Origin: Piedraia hortae CBS 480.64
Taxonomy: Eukaryota
DNA length: 64,000 nucleotides
NCBI GenBank assembly: GCA_010093745.1
Contig: MU005982.1
Span: 62,001 to 126,000, forward strand
Reading direction: 5' to 3'
Positions 13,304-25,520 of the stretch are shown here, piece by piece. The number at the start of each line of letters is the position of its first letter. Positions within the stretch are counted from its first letter, which is position 1. Position numbers and translations under genes: made by a program. The notes beneath the pieces were generated by a model. It did not search any database. It was not told the DNA's origin and saw only the letters and a program-made list of their open reading frames with translations.

Positions 13304-13590
13304 TATCGGAGGTGTGAACCTCCGAGGACTAAAGGGGAGCGGATATCGACGACAAAAGTCTTCACTCAACTTTTACCGAAAAAGGTGAAGATTTAGATGT
13401 TTATCTCTATGAGGTGAGATTCGAAACCTCCCCCACACTACCTCAGTCTAACCGCATTTGCCAGGACAACGTCAGCGAACCAAGCCCTTAAGCATGAACG
13501 AGACAATGACCCGTCTCAGGGAAAACTCTCTATAGAGGTTAAAAACCCTGAGAAGTTTCGACTTCTATCTATAGTTTTGGTCATAGTACA
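13304..13590 (+). mobile_element. Solo LTR, family F, TSD CAGTC
   Basis: TATCGGAG (TGTCGGAG in other copies)...TACA; CAGTC at 13299-13303 and 13591-13595. Confidence 0.88.
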
Positions 13591-13627
13591 CAGTCAATCC
13601 TGCAACAGGCTGCCAACACCTGATATC

Positions 13628-13745
13628 TGAAATCAGGGTACCACAGGGTCATATTTCCAGGCTGTCACAGTCTGAATTCCAGGAGACCTGAGATCAGGAT
13701 ATCACAGAGTATTATTTTCAGGCTATCACGGTCTGGAATTTGTGG
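13628..13745. repeat. ~62-bp imperfect tandem duplication
   Basis: ctgaaatcagggtaccacagggtcatatttccaggctgtcacagtctgaatt / ctgagatcaggatatcacagagtattattttcaggctatcacggtctggaatt. Confidence 0.7.
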
Positions 13746-13779
13746 AATCTTAAGGCGGATTGTGACAGGTTCAAAAGGC

Positions 13780-13827
13780 CCTCGTTGTTGGGATATATCG
13801 AACCTTTTCCTTTGAGCACCGTAACAC
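13780..13827 (+). mobile_element. Terminal fragment of LTR family E
   Basis: cctcgttgttggga...gagcaccgtaaca matches the end of 29692-29919. Confidence 0.8.
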
Positions 13828-14299
13828 CTTTCAATCGGATCCTTGCCCCTCATTGAATGGGCGCGCGGAAGAAGCCACATAATCTTCAGATTGATGCCTT
13901 TTACCGGTTCATTGCGACAGCGATCAGTGAGTATTGAAGCGATGAAACACGGCAGCCCTTACCGTCGCCACCTTTTGCGGTCGTTGAGCTGAAGACGACT
14001 TTTTTGGCCCAGCCACTCGAATGAGGTCGTAGTACCGTTCAGTACGTCCACATCAGCACTCTACTTGCGCAGCATTCAGATCAATGATGCCAGCATCGTG
14101 GGCGTTGCCGTCGAAACGTGGGGCTGAAACTTTTCCTTGTTTGAGGCGGCCCACATTCACCTGCGGGGTGAAAGGAGTCCGGATTGCGTGGAATGGGACA
14201 TCCTGATGAAGTTAGCGTTGAATTAGAGTAACATTCCCTTCGACGTACCTTTAGGAAATATTAATATAAGTAAAGTTATCCCCGCAGAGGCTGAAAATT

Positions 14300-15550
14300 T
14301 TTAAACCTGGGGTTCTTTACGGACATGAAAGCCGGACACTGTTTGAGTTATTGTTGTGCCTGTGGTTACATTTAAGGGTTGTTCAGGCAGCGGTGTCTTC
14401 ATGGTAATAAGGGCTTAACCTTTCGACCGAAAGCACAGGTAAGATCTTGGACATGTTAGAGATTAGTCAACAACAAGAACTGGGTGGTCCATACCTTGCC
14501 ATAAAGTGAAGGGAAGGACGTTGTAAGGGGCGCTCGGAAGGGCCGTCGTTGTTGCGTCTGCCTGGCTCCCGGCAAGGAAGGGTTTTATGGTTCTGGAAAG
14601 TAGCTCGTGGTCGTTTAGGCCGTTTATCATGTTCAAATGCATATCAATATGCATTTGCCTGATATAGCTGATTTAGTTGGTTGTAAAGAATCTGGTTAGA
14701 TATGACATGGTATGCTTATGAACCAGATATGTTGCTTGAAAAGATGTTTTGAAGCTGGTGATATCTTTCTGGTGCCATTTTCGTATTTGTATGACTCCTG
14801 GTTAGTTTATGGTCCTTCCCAAACAACTGTTGGAGTTGTATCCTGGTGGCGTCGCTGTGGAAAGTCAGAATGGCATGTGGGGAACCTGTTTAACGTCTCA
14901 GCTTGTCGGGAGCAGAAAAGTGGTAAAATTCTGCAGAAGCACCACCACGGTCCTTCTCCTGCCAGATGTGATCGTAGTGCTCATTGATAGATGACGGAGA
15001 TGAAACTCGCATCGATCCTACGAAGTTGTGTGCGCTTAGCTGGATTGGCGCTGGATTTGAAAGAACCGTTTACCGCAGCAAGAATCACGTGTTATGAGCG
15101 AGGCCGCCATCTTTGACTCATTGTGGCTCGTAACCTCTTGTAATACGTACTTTCACCATGTTTGCCGGTGCAAGGTGACGTTTTGGCATCATTATGTGCG
15201 CGGCGGGGGTGGACGGAGCGACAAAGATCTCAGTGCACGAAGCTCGGACCACATTGAACGTGTCGTCATCCGAAATCAATCTGTTGGGATGCCTGGTGGT
15301 CTCATTGACGCTTAGCTACCCTCTTTGCTGTCATTTGCGTATGAATTCGCAGCTTATGCTTACAAGTGTGGAACTTACACCAGCAATTACGATGAGACTC
15401 ATTTATGTTCGTGAATGGCTAGCGATTGCTGTTTTGACACCCGTGGCTTCATCCTGCGCGGATAGGTTGTACATTCACACCAGAGGGCTGATCGAACCCC
15501 ATATAACTATCTTTTCTGCACTGCTACATCCTGGTTTCGTGCCAAAGTAA
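14300..15550 (-). pseudogene. Decayed Fot1/pogo-like DDE transposase relic
   Basis: Fragmentary translations (EKIVIWV, ISDDDTFNV, LPSAPYN) occur in the order expected for Fot1 transposases; many disruptions. Confidence 0.3.
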
Positions 15551-15931
15551 CAGCAGAATTCTTCGCGAAGTCATACGTTATCTACGTTGTACCCTTTTTC
15601 CATCAAGTGAAAAGCATGTGCAGTTTTCTAAGAAAATAGCAGGACCCAGTTTAGGGGATATTGGTTTGGCGAGTGTCATGAGTTCAAGCTGCCCTACACA
15701 ATTCGAGATGATTTGAACAACCCATGTGAGGACTGCAGTGAACCTCAACGGTCGGTTTACACTTGTGTGCATATGCCAAGCGAAATGACAAGTGTCGAGA
15801 TATTTCATAAGAATAATCGATCGATTCGAAATCCCTCGTACATAGCGCCCATTTATCTGGAAAGGTAGAATTCGGCTACCATTGAGATTTGATACCGGGA
15901 CTATCCAGAGTTTTGCAACATTTAACCCATC

Positions 15932-16441
15932 TCAACCAGTCACACCCTTCTTGCATTGTTTACATTCGCACTTCCCATCTTGCCCCAGTACCAGCCACTT
16001 GAGATGAGGATAGAAGTCGGCCGCGCTGCGGAAGACTGCTGAGCAACCGTTCGGATGGCCATAGATGTAGTAATCGTTGCGCAGCTTCTCATCCGAATCG
16101 TACTTTATTTGGCTGATCACCTTGTAATTCTCCGGCAGTTCATAAAGAATGGCCTCATCCATGTAACTGAGACTATCGTCTTCCAAGATATCCTTGACGA
16201 GCCAAGCACCCCATTTCTTACGCCATTCAAATGGGGAGCGCTCCTCTCGAAGCGAGAAGTGGCGGTAGTTTTTTCTTAGCTGCACGTCGATTGTCGGTTG
16301 GATGAACTCCTCAAGTGGCGGATGGTTCGCATGCTCTCCGTCCTTTTGGCGTCTGCAATTGTCGTCCATGCAGAACTCGACGCCGTCGCTTGTGTTCACA
16401 GTAAGGACTGTCGCCTCGGTCGGTTGCTTTTTCTTAGACAT
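15932..16441 (-). CDS. Stand-alone Clr2 (cryptic loci regulator 2) N-terminal-domain protein, 169 aa
   Basis: Intact ATG-TGA ORF with LYELPENY...DYYIYGHPNG...FRSAADFYPHLKWL...CECKQC, the signature of the Clr2 N-terminal transcription-silencing domain. Confidence 0.8.
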   Translation of the reverse strand: MSKKKQPTEATVLTVNTSDGVEFCMDDNCRRQKDGEHANHPPLEEFIQPTIDVQLRKNYRHFSLREERSPFEWRKKWGAWLVKDILEDDSLSYMDEAILYELPENYKVISQIKYDSDEKLRNDYYIYGHPNGCSAVFRSAADFYPHLKWLVLGQDGKCECKQCKKGVTG

Positions 16442-18031
16442 GGCCTGGGAGTGTTGGGGAGAAATGGAAGATCATGCGGCGGAGAAATGTCGAACAAATC
16501 TGTTGTCACTCTTGGAGAGATGTTTGCAGCTGTGATTGTCCTGCGGAAAACGGGGAAATGAATCGCAACAAAGAACCGCTTGTGATAAGTTTGTACTGCA
16601 GGGGGAGGGTGCTGACTTAAATGTGACTGCTTCAATGATGAGTGCTCTCGCCTGGATGCTACTGGGCACACTTTCACGGGCAGTAATGCTCATACTGGTC
16701 GTTCAGATATTCCTTGAGCTCCCCTCGTCAATGCACGAAACCCTGCAGGATGTGGCCGGGGGAAGTGTAGCACAGCGCACCAACTGTGAGCTATTGCTCG
16801 TTCGTCTCCAAAATGCATCCAATCACTTTACCATCTCCTGCAGTCGCCCGTACTGAGCGATCTCAGACGGTGCCAAGAAAGTCGCCCGGTGTAGCCGCGC
16901 ATCGGCGAAGGGCGAAAATCGACGATTGTGAAGTTTTTTGAGGGGCGTGAGGAAGTCATACGATCAGTGCAAGGTACAGAAGCGGAGCTAGGAGTCATTA
17001 GCAAAGTCTCGACCCCTTTTCAGCGATGGCGCTGGTCTCACCAATGGTACAAATCCAGCCGATCAGGACTCCGACAAGTCTCACAGGAACGCCAACTGCG
17101 AGAAGAGGCACCTTCGACCGTTCTCAGCCACTACCGGAGTATCTTTAGGCCAGTGCTTTGTGTTGACCGTTGTGGTGACGGATTAGAGTTTGCGTCCAGC
17201 GCTCGGACGACCGGACTCCTGGGACCGCACAGACGGCGGCGGTGCCAAACCACATTATCCCTACCTTGGCGCCAAGCTCCTATGCGTTCGACTCGCTTTA
17301 AGCCATTGTGCATCTTGGCATATCTGCAAGCGGCGTCCCTCAGGTCCTGAACCTCGTTCAACTTACACAGCTCCCGCTTTCCATTGAACAACAACGATGG
17401 ATTGTAACGCCAACGCTACGTGAGGAGCGCCCACTGGGCTTTGGACAAAATTGGAAGTATGAGCAAAATGCCTTCCTGTCCTCGTGGCTGACAACAGAGA
17501 TCAACGAGAGATGGCGCTGAACGGTTCCCTGGAGCCTGGCAAGATCTCTACCTCCAAACATACACGAATTATAACGCAGAAGTGCTGCTGGGAAGACACA
17601 ACGAAGTGAGACAAGATGACGGGTCCAGAAGTGGGATTTGCCCGGGCGGCAGGTAAACTCGGTGGCGGAAACAGGCTGTCGCTGCCCATGCAGGGCGAAA
17701 GCGGCCATTATTGAAGCAAAAGCCTTGAACTCTGGAAATAAAGAAACAGAGGGAGCCTCGACCAAGGCCATTGCTAGAACCTGGAGAGAGCGGAAGGATC
17801 AGGTACAATCTCAAGACAACAGTCGATTAGGAATACCGATCATGGCTTAGTATGTGCAAGCTGGTTTACAGTGATTGGTATAACATAGGACGGAGTATAT
17901 AAATAGCAATATCAGCCTCCAAAGTCCCTCCCATAGGTCTTGACAGTCTTGTTAATGCTGCAAAGTGAGAACGCGCATATGATAAATCCGCCCAAGAACC
18001 ACCAACACCGACAAAGCCGCTTCGAGTCCGT

Positions 18032-18499
18032 TTAATTCATCTTGCCAGACGGAGCAGACCACCTCTTCTTGAGAGTTCGTTTGGCATCGCCACCATCAGA
18101 TCCGGAAATCTTCCTCTTCACTGTTCCGATTCTCGTCATCAACTTCTGCTTCCACGTCCCCTCGACTTCCCTTTCATGCTCTATTTCGACGTCACAGGTG
18201 CCATCACCTTCATAATGTCCATCACTCGACGTCATCTCCACGCTCCGTTCGATGATGACGCCCCTATCCTGACGAGTGGTAGAGAAACTGACACGTTTTG
18301 CCGGTTGCACATTATGCGAGGCTGGGATGTGATTCTGTACTGTGTACAGGCCCTCTGCATCATGCTCCCACGAGAACCGCGGATGGAAGAATGGTAGCTC
18401 CTGCGGCGACGGCGATGTCTGACGCCGGCGTGAGGACGATGCTCTAGGCCTGAAATCCATAAAGAAAAGCTTGGCGCGGTGGTACGGCAGAGGACTCAT
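18032..18499 (-). CDS. Hypothetical small disordered protein, 155 aa
   Basis: ATG-TAA ORF with protein-like composition (KRVSF, acidic patch, basic C-terminus) and a pyrimidine-rich upstream region. Confidence 0.55.
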   Translation of the reverse strand: MSPLPYHRAKLFFMDFRPRASSSRRRQTSPSPQELPFFHPRFSWEHDAEGLYTVQNHIPASHNVQPAKRVSFSTTRQDRGVIIERSVEMTSSDGHYEGDGTCDVEIEHEREVEGTWKQKLMTRIGTVKRKISGSDGGDAKRTLKKRWSAPSGKMN

Positions 18500-20223
18500 G
18501 ATTGCTCAATGGATGGATGCTCTTGATACGAGGAGGATGAATCCTTTGGATGATGTGTGGGAGATATGACGGATGAGGATCTCGGTGGTGAGAAATCCGA
18601 GTTGGGAAGGAAGTATGGAATTACGTAAGAGGGGTTATGCGGTCCAATTGACGGCCTCAAGCTTACCAGGGGTAGGTACCCCGCCTAGATATTTTCGTAA
18701 GTAGATAATATTCATATATCGAACAATAGACGTGATATATAAGCCTAATCGGGTAGTTGAAAAAGGAACACCATATTTGCCGAGTGCTCATGACTACTGG
18801 TATTCCCCTTGACGTGACATAGTAAACCATTCATAAGGAATCCACAGAACGAGAGGGCGTGTGCATATGCCCCAGCGGCATCCCGCAGCGAAGTCCTCAG
18901 ACCAAGTCCCCGGAGAGGTTATGGTCTCCTTCATGCCGTGGTGGGGCTCGAAGGGCACTTGCATGGGTTCTGGCTGCGAAATCGGAGCCCCTGTCACGGG
19001 GTCCCAGGCCGTCGCTGCTGCGTACGTCAATGACGGTCCATGGTAGGCCCGGGCCCAAGCCTTTTTTCTGTCAAGGGGTAGTTGAATAATGCAGGAAACC
19101 CACTTTCCATCCATTGGACGACCGTGGAGGCATTTTACGGACTTGACGATAAGATTGGAGTTCGAAGACGCCTCTGATTTAGTTGTATCCGCTTGGTCAA
19201 GTCAATATAAGTCCAGCTCTTACGAAACTGGGGTACTTACATGTGTTATACATCTCCTAATTGTCTTCAGAGTCTTTGTAGACGTGTTTCTCTCCACGTT
19301 AATTATTGAACATTCTTGAAGCGATGGTGAAGAGCGTTGGATCAGGGTTGTGAGGAAATTCTGGGCGTGGGGCTTGGCAATGACTCTTGATCGAGGCCTC
19401 AGGCCACCGTGCATTCACTGCCGGGCAGAACGTCATAGAGCTCTTTCTGTGAAATGATGTACTTCCAGATTGCTCGGGTAGCCGGAAAGGGGATTGTGAC
19501 TGGCCTTGGTGTAGCTTGACCAAATCACAGGGTTGATGACGTTGCCCTCGATAAGACACTGCTTGATCTTCTCGCTTTGCTCGGATGGAAGAGGAGATGA
19601 TAATGCATTCAAATCAGTCCCATATAGACATGTTGAGCGTGCTTTATCCTTTCTCTGCGCTCAAAAGGCTCAGCTGCGCCAGGCAGGCTTCATTCCATGC
19701 TATATACGCCGCAATGCATGGGTAATTGAGACAATAGCCTGTAAAGTCGTTCTGACAGATGGAGATTTAATTGGACGTTAAAACAACATGCTAGTATGGA
19801 TAGCCAGATGTGCTCAAATGCTGTTGTGGCGCAGGTGACTCTTGAATGTCGTTCGACATAGGGCAAAGCGTTCAGAAAGGGCGTGTTTATAGCACATCAG
19901 ACAGCTATTGGGCATCAAAAGGAAAGAATTTCTCCTGACGAAATGAGAGGATGTCTTAGGCATCAGAGGAAACGACTCGAAAAACGGCAGGATGGGCTAT
20001 ATCTACGCTGCCCCTACTCCTTGCAGCCTAGTCTCAGTACATCTGCGCTGGTCGACGCGTCGTATTACTACTATTCCCTACAATATAGTCAAAGGGTTCC
20101 TCGTTCAATTGATCCAGGAGCCGTAAAGTGCCTCCATAATAGCAACAAGGCTTCATTCCAACAGCCCTGATACTTCCATTATAACGCATCATGCGGGACA
20201 TTTACCAGAACGCCGGTAAATCC

Positions 20224-20595
20224 TGAGAAACAGATGGTATGTGTAATTGAGAACGATGGATGCAGAGTAGAGATGTGTGTGCAAGTGAATACAAGTGTAT
20301 CTACGAGGGGACATCAGAGAATATATCCTGGGTTGGAAGGCCCGTGCGTAGCCTCGTATGAAGAGTCATCAATTATATGACCGTAAGCGAGTGGTCATAC
20401 ATGCAGCAAGACTATCAACATGCAGTCTTACTCCATGACTCACCTCAAACAGTAGCAGGGCGCATTCACCATGTCGCATGCGACATGACCCTGAGGGAAA
20501 CCTCTGTGAGGACATAACCTAGGGTGCAGCTGCTGGTGTAAGAGGTGTCGCGCGGTGGCATCGTACACTGATAGCAACGAGACTTCATGCCAACA
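20224..20595 (-). mobile_element. Solo LTR, family A
   Basis: Reverse-complement match to 12890-13265; AATCC on the left flank and AA-AATCC on the right (TSD with possible slippage). Confidence 0.88.
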
Positions 20596-21399
20596 AAAAT
20601 CCTAGCGCTGTTGTCCAGGAAGGCTCGATGGACCAGCCCGCACCTCTTAAAATCTGAGTTCAGGAGTGGGTAAGGCCCTGACGCCGTTGTCGTCCGCGGC
20701 GATTGCCGCGGCCGCTGAAGTATGTGAGCAACGTTTCAGCACCTTCAAGCGCTATATAACAGGACAATCTTGAAGTGTTGGTAGGCGCAGTCGCTTGTAA
20801 TGGCGCGTGATTTTCGCCTCAATGGGCCGTCTCGAGCTGGTTGCCTTCTTAGACAGTCGATGAAACGCTGATGGCATCAGGAAGCTGAGTGAAAATTCCA
20901 TTTTTCCATTACCATTGGCGCATAAATCGACCCTCTTGCTTGATGTCAAAAGCACCGTTAAAACCGTTCACGTCGCACGAGCTGGCAGCAGTTTCTTCGA
21001 ACCGTACAAACCTTTTTTTCTTTTGTGGATGTGTCTGTCCAGCGCGTGCTTCGGGAAAGTCTGGTTTGCCAGATAGAAGCTGGTTAAAATAAGGGGTTGA
21101 GCTGCCAAAAGTTAGTTGGCATACTGGAAAAGTTGCATCACAACCTGACCTGTTGTGTACAAGGACAAACCACACCTTATCAGAGCAACAAAGCCTCCGA
21201 TTTCAATCGCAGCGCGATAAATGATGCGGCTGGCCCTGGCCTTCGCCTTCGTTCGATGAGCGCAGAGGTCTACGGGCAAAAGTTTTTCAAGCTTCCTCGC
21301 TGACAAACAAACTTTTCACACCCCGGGACTGACCATACCCGAAGCAGCAGTGTATGACGTATGACGCTAGTTCGCCAGGAGAACTTCACATGAATGCGA

Positions 21400-22760
21400 C
21401 CGGCGCTATTGAACAGCGATCGGTGAGGCTGTCCATTGAATCCGAAGCGAACTGGCGCGTATTAAGAAAACAATCGGGGAAGCATGGCGGGTAACTCTAT
21501 TGCCGTATGGCACATCTGAATTGGGCCGATGGAGGAACAATCCTCACCTCGAGATCCTTTTCACGGCGTGCATATATTAAGGAGGCCGCTACCGTGTGCT
21601 CCTTACATTTGTCGAACGTTGCATGAGCTTTGGAAAGCCCTCGATCTTTCACTGAACCGCCGTCATTAGCCTTGCTTGACCGATCTAATCAGCTATTCAA
21701 TGTCCAGAAACGATTTTGGAAGCTCGTCACAAGACAATGAGTGGATGAAAATGGCGAGCTTAGCCGCTTGGGAAATGACTGATTAGTTGACGACGATAAT
21801 GCTGTCTGCAAGGGCATAAAAACAGCAAGACCCAGCGTCACACAGCTTTACGGACGGCCACCCCGATTGGCAGCAAGCAGCAGACGTTCCTTCCCTGCTG
21901 TCAGGGTGATGTGGTACATGCTCGAATGTGAGAGTCAATGAAGATGGCTCTGGTCAGCGAAACAAGGATGTCTGGCTAGCAGCGATCATGGCCAACTTCT
22001 TCTGGACCTAAGATCGATAAGTGCATTGCGCTTTCGCATCATTCTTCCGTCACCAAGGCCCAGACAGCTCGCAGCAACCTCCTGCAATAACTAGCACAGA
22101 CCCTGCAACGAAGACGTGAATGGTCTAGAAAAGCCGTGAAATCCTGTCATGGGTTAAGTGGATGAAGCTTTTAGACAGGTGTCAGCTTCTTGTCCCGCAG
22201 CGGATTGATGACAGCATTTTTCATACGTGAGCATCTTTCCATCGCGATTTTTCATCTTCGTACATACAGGGCATCGACGGGGAGAAAGATCACCTAGATA
22301 TTTATATGGCACTTCAGGATCCAGATACGCAATTTTCTCATAATTCTCAGCCAGTGTTTATCATGCTGCTTGACAAAGATGGATCAGATTATTTACGACT
22401 ATGAGTTTGTTTAGCTTCAATAAACAGTCATGCACGAATAAATGGAGCAGTTTTCATTTGCAAGGGTCCGGTCACAACCAAAAGTTGTTTTCACAAGTTG
22501 TTAGAAAACGCGTTTCATGTGCAACTAATTTCGAGAGAGGACGATGAGCATCATGTTATTCAGTGGGGAGATCCATGAAGTAACCAGAGTGTAAAGATGC
22601 AAAACAGTAGTGGGCATCGTTATTCAGTGGATCGTCGGGGAATATCGCTGCAAGTCATGGGAACGATTTCGAGATCTGGATCTGGCTGAACATTGTAAGA
22701 TCTTGAGGCGGAAAGGAACAATTGCTCACTCAGATCCTTTTCAACATGATCAGTGGGAGT
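21400..22760 (-). pseudogene. Decayed Fot1/pogo-like transposase relic
   Basis: Echoes of HTH (IPR.ST), D..Y..DEK and QPLD..F.PL motifs in collinear order; ends approximate. Confidence 0.3.
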
Positions 22761-22915
22761 TAGGGTCGCTCGTCAGAAACGCATATGTGGATAGATCAAC
22801 AAGCTGATGAATCATGCCCCCAACCTGCAACCTGAAATGTGGATCGCAAACTGACATGGAGAAGGAAAAGCGGAAAGTGTATTGGGAGTCACGGGAGATG
22901 CCCTGGAGAAAGGGC

Positions 22916-23047
22916 TAGTGGATATAGGAATGAGAGGTGACATGAGAGACAATGTTGTTATCGCTACCACGCTACTTAGACTCTAGAGGAGGTGAGGTTA
23001 CCGGTCGCCCTAACCCTATTGGGAGTTGCTTCCGACTAACATCAACA
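22916..23047 (-). mobile_element. Solo LTR, family C (Copia, 132 bp)
   Basis: Homologous to and the same length as the Copia 5' LTR at 56516-56647; flanks AGGGC/AGGGA (TSD with one mismatch). Confidence 0.8.
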
Positions 23048-23654
23048 AGGGATGGAGTGACAGTCTTTCCACAATGGTACCGGCAATCCAAACAGACGGC
23101 TCGGCTGCCGCCAGGATTTGATATATCAATTGTACAACTAAGAAATTATTCCGCGGTGAAGGATGGCGCAATGCATTCGGAAAGTACCTTTTCAACCCCG
23201 TCAGGTCTTTCCATGATCATTTTGTACATTTCGATGGACCAAATTCCAGGTCTGAGAAAGAAGATGCTTTGGCTGCATAGTAAGTGCTGTCTTGACATGG
23301 CTGAAAGGGCCGTTTAGTGACTGCAAAGTCCGGCTGAAACACAAGTTCACGAAGAAAACATGGGCAATCCGATCCATCATAGATCAGGATAACAATTGTT
23401 GCGGATATCATACTATATTGACTTCGCATATGTTACCATAGTCCGACCTATCAAGATCTTCTTTCCTAATCATATACATTCCAATCCACTCTCAAAAAAG
23501 CTATAGCGTTCTTTGCCTTGTAACGCGCAAAGAGGAACATTTCCCACTAATCACCACTATAGCCTCGCCCCTCTATCTCTGATCCAAAAAGGCCATTAAT
23601 TTCCAACCAAGCACGGCATCGCAACACAACCTGTAAAATGACCTGAGGTCTCTT

Positions 23655-24622
23655 GTGGAGCAAGCCATTCGGTTCGCAACCAAGCACGGTAGGATTTGGA
23701 TGATTGGTGTCTTTTCGGAAGCCCGGGAACAGAGTAGGCACAACAGCAAATTGGGAGTCAATCTTTGCACTGTGCTTAAACACGAAGCTATCCCTGAAAA
23801 GTACATGTTATTTCGGGCCCAGTGCGTCCAAATTCGGAGGCTGCTTGCAGAAGCCAAGCAGACACCTTCCAAGCGCTCTACTCGCCGTGCAACAATTGCT
23901 GGAATAACTCCCGTAACTCCAAAACTCAAGTTCAGGGCCAAGAGCGAGCTTCCATCAACAGGCCCAAAAATCATAGACCGTGCTGGGAAAAAGAAGGAAG
24001 ATTTTGGTATTCAAAGTAAAGAGGAGCTAAGGGAATGGTTGAGCTGGTCAAAATCCAAAGGGCTTTTCTGTTTTGGAGAAGATGCACTGAATCTTGAGTC
24101 GAAAGCCCGAGCGTACTATGACACTTGGCAAACGAGGAAGGACAAGCTCTGCGCTAAGGTTGAGAAAATGGTGGCGAATGACCCTCCTCAGCCGGTACAG
24201 AACAGCTGTGTTCGGGTGGAACCGTATACATTCCCCTGCGCAGAGTGCGTCGTGCCAATTTCGCACAAAAGCGGCGGCCCAAAGGCCGATGTGGCTGATT
24301 CCAGACCCAGCCCTGCCGCGTCATCTGGAGACCTGCAAGTGTTGCACGCGGTCGCTCTCGCGCAGGCAACGGAGTGCAGGAGGAAACTTCCAATGATACC
24401 AGTCGTCTTCAACGTTTTGCTTCCCGCTCACCTGGAGGGACCGTAAAAACATGGTTCATTCCGCACGATGAGGCGGCGTCCCACCAAGTGGAAAGGGGCG
24501 AGATATTGCATACGTTGATCATGAAGAATATCAAGCGTGGCCTGCAACGCCGAAACGGGATCCTTGGAATCGGCGGAAACAATTCTAGGAGAGACGGCAA
24601 GTCCCGGTCTTCGAAGTGTTGA
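23655..24622 (+). pseudogene. Unidentified, probably disrupted ORF(s)
   Basis: 263-codon ORF without an ATG at its start, followed by an overlapping frame; no recognisable domain. Confidence 0.3.
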
Positions 24623-24734
24623 TCTCTGCATGCAGACCTGCGGCTCGCTTCGACCCGTGTTTTTAGTGGCTTGGCGACACAACAGAATTCTGTTCCGTGC
24701 GACTTCCCTCTACGCGACCCACCAGCAACCCAAT

Positions 24735-25466
24735 ATGCCTATATCAACTGACGACATGGACAGCGACTCGTCCTTTACCGAGTTAACCTCCGCCAGCTCG
24801 GACTCCTCCTTGACGGAATTTGTCTGCAGCGAGAATGAACGAGCGCCGGTTCCTCTCCCAAATGTTCATGCCGGCCCGAGAACTCGCAACCGCGCGCGCG
24901 AGGACTGGCGCATCAGCCACGTCCAGCAGCACAATAGGTTGCGAGACATGCGTCTGCGCACCGAGCAACTCTTGCGTGATCACCCTCCTTCCTCGGTCAC
25001 GGAGAGCTTCGAGCGCGTGCGCGGCCAGACACCGCCGGGATCTCGCGAGATCATGGCGCTGCCTCAGTTTCGCTATCTCCCGCCATGGGAGCTCACCCTC
25101 GCCATGATTGACCAAGACCCGCCTGCCGCAGAACCGGACAATGCACAGGAAAGCGGCACTCCGGCCTTTGTTGACATCCACGACGCGGCCGAAATCTCCA
25201 AAGCCGACAAGTTAGCATCACCAAATGCCGACACCGACAAAGTCGCATCATCGAGTGCCAACGTCACCCAAGAGAAAGTTCCGACAATGCAAGCCGACGC
25301 TCAGGAACCCACCAAGAAGGGCAAGAAACGCCGTCGTGTGGCCGAACCTTCGGCAGAGCCTAGGCCCAAACGTTCCAGGGCAAAAGTCGTCGCGCCGGGC
25401 TTAATGGATTCGGATCGGGCCAGACTGACACATAGGTGGCATCTGTCACCTTGGACGACAGACTGA
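24735..25466 (+). CDS. Hypothetical protein (243 aa) with putative NLS
   Basis: ATG at 24735 (MPISTDD...), GC-rich codon usage, KKGKKRRR...PRPKRSR basic cluster. Confidence 0.6.
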   Translation: MPISTDDMDSDSSFTELTSASSDSSLTEFVCSENERAPVPLPNVHAGPRTRNRAREDWRISHVQQHNRLRDMRLRTEQLLRDHPPSSVTESFERVRGQTPPGSREIMALPQFRYLPPWELTLAMIDQDPPAAEPDNAQESGTPAFVDIHDAAEISKADKLASPNADTDKVASSSANVTQEKVPTMQADAQEPTKKGKKRRRVAEPSAEPRPKRSRAKVVAPGLMDSDRARLTHRWHLSPWTTD

Positions 25467-25520
25467 CAGACTGACAGACTGACAGACTGACAGACTGACA
25501 GACATCAGACATCAGACATC
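25457..25520. repeat. (GACAGACT)n grading into (CAGACAT)n minisatellite
   Basis: Directly visible; the repeat supplies the TGA stop codon of the upstream ORF. Confidence 0.9.
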
